Below are positions 9,679 through 17,867 of a stretch of 17,867 nt of DNA, in pieces. The DNA comes from Ginkgo biloba (lineage: Eukaryota > Plantae > Ginkgophyta). A model generated the notes under the pieces. It had not been told where the DNA came from. It did no database searches and saw nothing but the letters and a program-made list of their open reading frames with translations. Location: assembly GCA_024626585.2 (NCBI GenBank), contig JANKJI020000004.1, positions 150,569,016-150,586,882 of the forward strand, written 5' to 3'. How positions within the stretch are numbered: the stretch's first letter is position 1; the number at the start of each line of letters is the position of its first letter. The position numbers and the translations under genes were made by a program.

Positions 9679-9686
9679 ATTATATA
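9679..9686 (-). promoter_or_regulatory. Candidate TATA box of the COMMD10-like gene
   Basis: TATATAAT on the minus strand about 110 nt upstream of the ATG, in a stretch that retains CpG. Motif and position only. Confidence 0.35.
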
Positions 9687-10034
9687 CTATGAACCTGAAA
9701 ATTTGGCGTCTTCGTCCACCTTCGTTTATTAATTAAAAATATTATGAATTAATATAACTAAAGTTTGAGTTTTTTATAATTTTATTTAATCGCAAAAGTA
9801 TTTAATCCAAGATCTTATAAATGTGTATCTTTATTTGGTAGATGACATTTGTTTAAAATAGAAAATGGAGAAACCTTTTAGCTCAATGCTCTTCTTACCC
9901 GGTCTCAGCCAAGTATCAGACTTTTCAATGGCTTNNNNNNNNNNNNNNNNNNNNNNNNNNNNNNNNNNNNNNNNNNNNNNNNNNNNNNNNNNNNNNNNNN
10001 NNNNNNNNNNNNNNNNNNNNNNNNNNNNNNNNNN

Positions 10035-11000
10035 TTTATAAACTAATTCATAAATTAGATTAAAGCCTACATTAGGAAACCACAATTGATGTCATGATTA
10101 ATGGAGGTCCGACAGACTTTTTCCAGACCTCAAGAGAAATTCTCCTAGGATATCCCCTTTCACCATATCTTCATGCTATGATTTGGAAGGGACTTGTCCA
10201 AGTCATCAAAGTAGGCCTAAATTCCAATCAAATAGAAGTCATTAAAGATTCTTCAGGNNNNNNNNNNNNNNNNNNNNNNNNNNNNNCAATGAAAAACATT
10301 TATTTGGAGAAGCATCAATCCAAAATGCTAAATCTTTAAAGTTAATTTGGAATGAATTTACTCAAGCCATACGTACCCAAATCGATGAAGCAAAAAGTCG
10401 ATTATATTTTTATCATACATTATCCCATCCGAGAGCAAATATTCAGAGGATAGTATGATTCACAAAAGGAGAATCAGACAAGGTTTTCAAATACTTAGGA
10501 GCATTAATCAAATAAAAAAACATCGAAGTTTCTAATTCGAACTTCCACCTAAAGAAATTAACCAATGCTTTCAATAGCTAGGATAACTCCTTTCTGACGC
10601 TTGCAGGAAGACACATCCTTATCAAGTCTACTATGGAAGCCATTCCCATCTTTTATTTATTAGAACTATCTGCATAAAAAATGATTTTGAATTAAATTGA
10701 TCAAATAATCTGAAGATTTCTATGGAAAGGGGGCAAAAATAACTCTCATAAGTTTAATTTAGTTAATTGGCATTGGGTTTGCCTTCTAAAATAGAACTGT
10801 GGTCTGGGCATCTATAAATCACATCTAGTAAACCTAGATCTAGCAACAAAAATGGCATAGAGGCTTTCTCCTAACCAAATATAATTGTCTGGTCAGCAAT
10901 TCTTCTAGAAAAAATATTATGGAAACTACTTAGGTTAAGACTTACTTTCCAATATGAAGTTGTACCCTATAGATACTAGAATTTGGAAAATTTTAAATGT
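10035..11000 (+). mobile_element. L1-clade LINE ORF2 relic (RT and downstream region)
   Basis: Ordered degenerate motifs of plant L1 ORF2: FIN*IKAYI, MINGGPTDFFQTSR..GYPLSPYL (cf. GLRQGDPLSPYL), FKYLG, LTLAGRHILIKS, RFLWKG, LVNWHWVC..GLGI, RIWK. Confidence 0.9.
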
Positions 11001-13739
11001 AATTTCAATCCTCAAGTATGAGTCGTGAAAATGCATATGGGATGACGCCCTTTCCCCCTATGCTTGCCTCTACTCTATCGCCAATTGTTAAACCTTCCCC
11101 AGTTATCCAAGCTTACCCAACTTCTTTGTAGTTGTCCCACCCTTTTCAGCAACCCTCCAAGCCAGTTGCTCAGCCAACCATGCAACCTCCTGTAGTTATG
11201 TTAATAACTAGTGAATGTACGCATGCCAGAAAAGCTCATAATCATGCCCATGTTAAGAGACAGGTGAAGAGAAGAACATGGTTGGCCCCTCCAGTTGCTG
11301 CTTGAGGAGCACCCTAATCCTCTAGTTCACAAAGATATGAGCCTAGTCTGCATAAAGCCTGTGGTAGATCTAGATGGCCTAGTGATAATTTTGGTCTGGG
11401 TTAGACATCAAGAAAATGATGGGGATGATATTATGTGGTTTATTTTGCTCTGAGGAGCATTTGTTCACATTGATTAATGTGTTATTTGCACTTTGGTACT
11501 TAAGGACCTCACTCGCCAATTTTTGTATATTGTAATACTCAGCCTTCTATGTTAATATAGTACTATGAATTTTGGTCTTTGCAAAAACAAAAAACAAAAA
11601 ATAGAAATCATTATAAAGTAAGAAATGAAGGAAGATTCATACATTATTGGTACTTGCATAGGCAAGTTACTATATTAACATATGTATAATTAATTGTTTT
11701 TGCTTTGGCCAATCAAAATTGATTTATTTTTTCATTTAACTTTAGTTTATTAATGTATAAACATTTATTATGTGTTTTTATATATATTTAATGAAAAGTC
11801 AAAATTAATTATTTTCTATTTGAGTAGTTTATATTCATTAATATGATTATTTTTGTCTTATTATGTGGGCTTGAAATATATTACCATATTAAGATGACAC
11901 CATGTTGGAAGGTAATAATCGCTATAGTTAATAATATATGATTGGAAAATTAGAATGTTAAATATATAATGGACATGGCTAATTAGTATATAACATAACT
12001 AATGTGAGAAAGATAATGGCATGGGATCTGATAAATATTTGTGAGCCACATTTAAAAATTATTTAATATAAAGATTTATGATACAATTGGAGAATTTATT
12101 GCATTTAAGTAAGGCGATTAAAAATACCACATATATACAAAGTGTTATGTGAGCGTATTATATTCTTATGATAGGAGTCCCTTATGATGTTACAATCCAT
12201 AGCTAAAGAATTTGGATCATTTTCTTTTACACAAGAGGTTTGGAGATGCAATGATCTTCAAATTCTATATGTTTGCAAGGTAATTGCAAGTAGTAGAGTT
12301 TGCGTGTGTATAATTTTCATTCCTCAAACTTGTGCATACAAGAATAAATAATANNNNNNNNNNNNNNNNNNNNNCCAAGTGCATGATGTCCAAGTGTGAT
12401 TCTAAAATTAGTAGAGGATTATAATTATAATGTTTTGACTATAGTGATCAGAAAGTGTAATTCTATCAATATCATATCATTTATATTTTTCTTCTATTAT
12501 ATAACAACTAAAAATCCATTGAAAAGTGTAATCTAAATTTATTTATTTTTATGATTATCAAGGGCCACATTAAGCAAAGATTCTAACATAGGTTTACAAT
12601 TGCTNNNNNNNNNNNNNNNNNNNNNNNNNNNNNNNCAAGGCTTGCAAGAGCAAAGGTTGAACCTATTATAATTATAATTTTTATCTTCATTATCGATAAG
12701 ATAGACTTTTATATGATATGAATAATCTTGATACTTTTTCACAAATTATGATTAGAATGATTTCTTTACTTTAAATTTTATCTTTGCTAATTGTATCATA
12801 TTATTGTGCAACAGTCATTAATTATAGTAGTAGTGAATAACACTATAACGATGATGAAGTGTGACAGTGGCAGTGGCAGTAATGAAGTATGGTAATGATG
12901 AGAAAGAATTAGTTACTCAATGGAGTTATGATCTCTTATTCTTCGTTTAACAACTAGTGATGTTTATTTTAATAGTCGTTTGATGGTTAGATGGTCAGAT
13001 AAACTATTTCCCTACATTATTGAACTCCATTATGACTTGTTGAAATAAATTCTTAGTATCCTTAATCTTTAAGAAATCCATTTTCTTACCATTATGCAAT
13101 CTAAGATGTTTAATGTTCTCTAGTCCTTTCTTGTTCTCATAATATTTTTATTCCAGTTGTTATCCTTAAGGTAGAAAAAAAATCCCCTTTGGACATTGCA
13201 ANNNNNNNNNNNNNNNNNNNNNNNNNNNNNNNNNNNNNNNNNNNNNNNNNNNNNNNNNNNNNNNNNNNNNNNNNNNNNNNNNNNNNNNNNNNNNNNNNNN
13301 NATTATTGTAGTATTTAATGTAATGACTCCAAATAATTTAATTCGTACCATGGTTCAGAGTGACATGTTATAATCTTATGACAGGAGGTTGTAGCCTATG
13401 ACCCATTCTATAATAAAGAGAAGTTTGGTTCTAAATTTGTATTGTTATGTGTAATGATGGTGATTTAGTGTTTATGTTGAATTCCATTCTATTTAGCTAA
13501 TGTACACAAAGGAATGTTAATATTTTAGCATCATTGTCATTGCCAGACTGACTGTGGGTCATATTGGAATAAACCTTGATGCCTTCATGGGTGGGTGACG
13601 GTAGTACAACAAAGCTTAGTATGAACTATGTATAATCTTATTCAAGTTTATGGTTTGATTAAATGATAAAGGAAGAGAAATAAAAATAGATAAAAGGAAT
13701 AACATGTAGGGTTTTGGGTTTGATAAAAACTTGAATAGA

Positions 13740-15468
13740 ATATTATGGCCCTAAAGGGATAGAACCCCACAACTAGGGGTCTTCAATGAAAATTAATAAG
13801 GGTCCTACAATGGTACTAAAAATAAAATAACAAAGGCAACAAAGATGGGACAATGAAAGATTTGAGATAGGATTGAGGCAACCTCAGTTTCCAATAGAAA
13901 GAAAAACTAGGCATGCTATAAGATGGTTGAGGTCAAAGTCTAACAAGGTGATAGTAGACGAAGGAGTAACCACTCATAAAGAGGGATTTGACTTTAGCAT
14001 CACTATGGTAGAAGCAGGATAGACTAGTGGGGAGCATCCTAAATCTCAATCACACATTAACCATTGATTGGTAGAAAATCCATAAATAGACAAAGAACCT
14101 TTGAAGGTAATTGTAGAACAAAGACCTAAGCATAATGAAAAGATTGAAGATGAAGACCCCTTGGCCCCAATATGTATAGAATAATCTCCATAGAAGTATG
14201 TGTTCACTCCAGATGAACACAATAATGATAGTGATTGGGTAGACACACTATGCTCAAAATTTAAATTATTAGCCATTCCAACCTCACAGTCGCTTATAAT
14301 AAACAACGTACAAAAATTAAAATCAAAAGAAACAATTGAAACCTCAGTCCAATTTTTATCTATAAGTCAAGGTGGTTTAGGCAGAGGAACTGGAGGAAGC
14401 AATCTAATATCTAGTTCTAGTGGTAATAATATTATGTACATAGTTTATCATAGTGATAGTTTGAATTCACCAGCATTCGATGGAATAGGGAAATTGGCAA
14501 ACCACTTAGCCCTGTTTAATAATTGGATTATAATTCATAGGATTGCATATGAATTAAAAATTAAAGCCCATTTTTTCTCATCATTATGGGTTATTTTTAT
14601 CTCCTAGTACCATTATGTGAATACCAAGAATCCAACCTAGAAGGAATTATAGTAAGCCTTTTTTGATAGATTTCAAAGGTTATTAGATCCCTTAACTATC
14701 TTGCAGTCCCTTGAAGTCATTCTGCAGTTACTAGGATAATCTATAAAAGATGTTGATGGTAGAATATAAATATTGATCAATGGGATAGACTCAACACATC
14801 CAATTTCATCACATCACATATTAAAATATTTTGTNNNNNNNNNNNNNNNNNNNNNNNNNNNNNNNNNNNNNNNNNNNNNNNNNNNNNNNNNNNNNNNNNC
14901 AATGAAATTTAAAAATCAGTTGTTAAAGGAGCAAACACAAAAAAATTCATCATGCTTAGAAGTAGAAACCTTGATAAATGAATTGGTAGCATTAAGATTG
15001 CAAATAGTTGTTGCCTTGACTCAAAATCAAAGGCTAACCTTCAATATGAAAATGGACGAATTGAGGACTGAATTAGCTAAGCTGAAATAGGCAGCGTGTA
15101 ACCCAAAAACATCACATGATGGAGTATGGTGTGTACCACCATACAATTCTCAAGGCCATACCTGAAACAAGCACATGGATTGCAATGACCATTGTGGATA
15201 GAAAGGTAACCAAACAAGGAATATTTATTATCAAAAAACCAATAGAGAACCACAAAAATTTAAAGGTAACACTAAAGTAGTGCATTATCGATTATATTTT
15301 AAGTGAGGCCATATGTAGTATGATTGTCCTTTGTATAATAAACAAGGGGACTATGTCTATGAGGAGTGTAAACCAAGAAATCATGAATGTGCAGAATGTC
15401 CGTCAAATCCCACAAATAAGACAAATACAACAAATTTGGCAATGACGATCCTCGATAGTGAAGAATGA
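13740..15468 (+). mobile_element. Degenerate Ty3/gypsy gag region with coiled coil and tandem zinc knuckles
   Basis: DRFQRLLDPLTILQSLE (cf. gag F.G..DP..HL..FE), a coiled-coil-like ORF 14773..15090, then in the same frame WC..QGH, HCG*KG, YRLYFK*GHM*YDCP and YEECKPRNHECAECP. The 5' boundary is approximate. Confidence 0.6.
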
Positions 15469-16599
15469 AATAATCAAGTAATAGTAAATTTGCAAAATAG
15501 ATATGGGAAATCGTAAAGTTTTCTATTATAAGCTTTAGGTGTATCAAACCCCATGAGGTGTAAGGATCACGTGATTATACCACGTGGCATCCTCATGTGG
15601 CTTTTTGGCTTGGGCCATTTTTAATCATTTTCACCAGGTTATAGCNNNNNNNNNNNNNNNNNNNNNNNNNNNNNNNNNNNNNNNNNNNNNNNNNNNNNNN
15701 NNNNNNNNNNNNNNNNNNNNNNNNNNNNNNNNNNNNNNNNNNNNNTTCAAATTACTTATTACTTATATGTGCAAGTAAGCACTTAGTTTCTTCTTGATCA
15801 CTTCACATGTTTTAAAAATGAGGATGTTGGTTTTGTTGAGAAAGAGACTCACTTTTATTAATGGTGTCACATGTAATTAGTTATTAAAAGTTCACCTAGG
15901 TAAATTTTTTAGACTTCCATTTTGGGAGCTCTACAATGATAATCATATCCTATATGACTAGCATTATAGCTATGACTAAGATGAAACTAATCTACTATGG
16001 ATGCTAAGATAATTTAATTGTTATGATATTATTGTATTTTAAAATATTCTTTTTCTATGTTATGGTTATTATTGCCCATTTTAGCACTTATGATATCCAT
16101 GCTATCCATTTAACTTATGCATCACGATTTGCATAATGAGCACTTGCATGTCCCTTAGTCGACCTTGTGGCATATCATGATTATCCTATGGTTAATATCC
16201 TATAGTCATTATCAGCATATACATTCCTCTTTTATATAGAGATAAAGGGGGTTTCGATTATTGAAGATCATCATGAGACCTTGCCTTTCCATGAAGAGAG
16301 AGATTACTTTGCATTCATTTGGTATATCCTTCTTGATGAGATTTCTCATCACATTTCATCTCATCGTGTATTCTCTTGTCTTGTCATTATTTCTCATGAT
16401 TTATTTATATATACGATATTTACATTAAGGACTCTTTGTGCATAAAGAACCTCCATATTTTATCTTTTGAATGTGTTCTTGACATGTATCATACTAGGAA
16501 AGTGATATTTTCCAAAAACAATGGCCTTTCATTTGTAGCATGCAGATACATTTATAACTTTATAAGTGAAACATTTTCAAATCAAATATCTAGTTGTAT

Positions 16600-17650
16600 G
16601 AAATTTTTTATCATTGCAATTGAATTTCCTCCTATAATTTCTCACTCTAGACTTTTGACAAAGATTATCACACTCTATTGTGAAAGGCTATATTATTATG
16701 CTAGTGAAAATTATGGGAAAAATGTCCTTAGGAGAGTAATTGAATATTTTTTTCAATAAAAAGGTCTACTAAAATACATTAAAATTAATGAACATAAATG
16801 TGACTTTAGTGGTGAATACCTTATAAGACTATACGAAGTACACATTTTAATAAATTCAATGAAGATGCATATAATGGTTAATTATGATTACAGTCAAAAG
16901 ATTCTACTTACCTTCGAGAAAACTTAGCACAAAATTCATATGTGATGGAATTTACGAAACTTTGTTGGATCATTGACCTACTAATCNNNNNNNNNNNNNN
17001 NNNNNNNNNNNNNNNNATTCCAATTTTCCTAAAACATATGATGTTGATTGAATATATTAATTATGTCATATGAATAATTTATTTATAGGAAAATACAATA
17101 ACTTTATGGAAGAGGCATTATTTATTACAATCAATGTTATGATTATGATATTTTTGATACCAAAGAAGGAAGTAATAGACTTGTAGAAGACCATCATAGT
17201 CTACAATGTATTTTTCCTTGTTATACTTTATAAGTAATGATTTTGGACCTCTTTAGGTAGTTCATAGTTTTTTTTTTTTTTTTAAATTATTCTTCCTATG
17301 TAAAGATGGATCCAATTTGAAATTTGTTCATCATTTTTTTCAACCTACCTTAAATTATATTAATGAATTATAACTTGTGTTTGGGTAACAAAATTAGTCT
17401 GTGTAAATCCTATTTTATAATAAATCTCTAACTTTCAAATGATACTCATTAGATAAGGGTAAAATCTAATGACAACATTAAAATAAATCTCTTCACACTG
17501 GCATTCCTTATGTTATTTGTATTTTATGACTATAAAACAACCCTTGATAAGCAATTTATTTGTCAAAATCTAATTCCTTATGCAATGAGGCATGGTTTGT
17601 GTGTTAGGGTAGAGTCCACATGAATTGAACTATAATATTTATTTCTTACA
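16600..17650 (+). mobile_element. Highly decayed gypsy gag-protease relic
   Basis: Weak motifs in the expected order: CERLYYY, LREN..SYVMEFTKL (retrotransposon gag), DGSNLKFVH (cf. protease DSG..NFI) and GM.W-like. Many stops. Confidence 0.3.
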
Positions 17651-17867
17651 TATTATTTTCTACGAAATTGTATATTTTCTTATTAAATTTGTTGGTCAAC
17701 TTGATTAGATTGGAACCCTTTACTCACGTTAGATTATGTTTCATTATAAATTTAACTAATACACATTGCTAACAACCACTTTCAGGGACATTACTACAAA
17801 CACATGGCATGCATATCTGATTAGGAAAATAAATCAGTATCTAATTATTTTTTCCCTTACTACATTT

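Noticed and set aside
8939-9692. Short plus-strand ORFs near COMMD10 exons 1-2
   Set aside because: Antisense to the real exons and introns, with no homology recognised.
11880-12340. Possible gag relic (*ATFKNYLI*RF resembling W..FK..L..RF)
   Set aside because: A single weak motif in very AT-rich sequence is insufficient to call a feature.
1814-15778. ORF-track entries spanning N runs
   Set aside because: They are open only because Ns translate as X. These are artefacts except where they overlap the exons or TE relics described above.

Overview
Eukaryotic, almost certainly land-plant, genomic scaffold that is AT-rich, TE-dense and broken by 15 N-gaps, six of them about 100 N and so probably unsized joins. 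The only convincing host gene is a spliced minus-strand COMMD10-like gene (COMM-domain subunit of the CCC/Commander endosomal recycling complex). I reconstructed it by hand from four GT-AG, phase-compatible exons (9571-9537, 9331-9244, 6383-6201, 6087-<5963), giving 143 aa; the C-terminus is lost in or after a gap. Its long intron 2 holds a tRNA-derived SINE and a 42-bp tandem repeat. The rest is decayed mobile DNA: two diverged plant-mobile-domain (PMD) ORF relics, an LTR-like segment, a Ty3/gypsy RT-RNase H relic, an L1-type LINE RT relic, and gypsy gag relics, one with up to four tandem zinc knuckles. COMMD10 plus the style of the gypsy relics suggest a non-flowering plant (inference). Family assignments come from motif recognition from memory; no searches were run.
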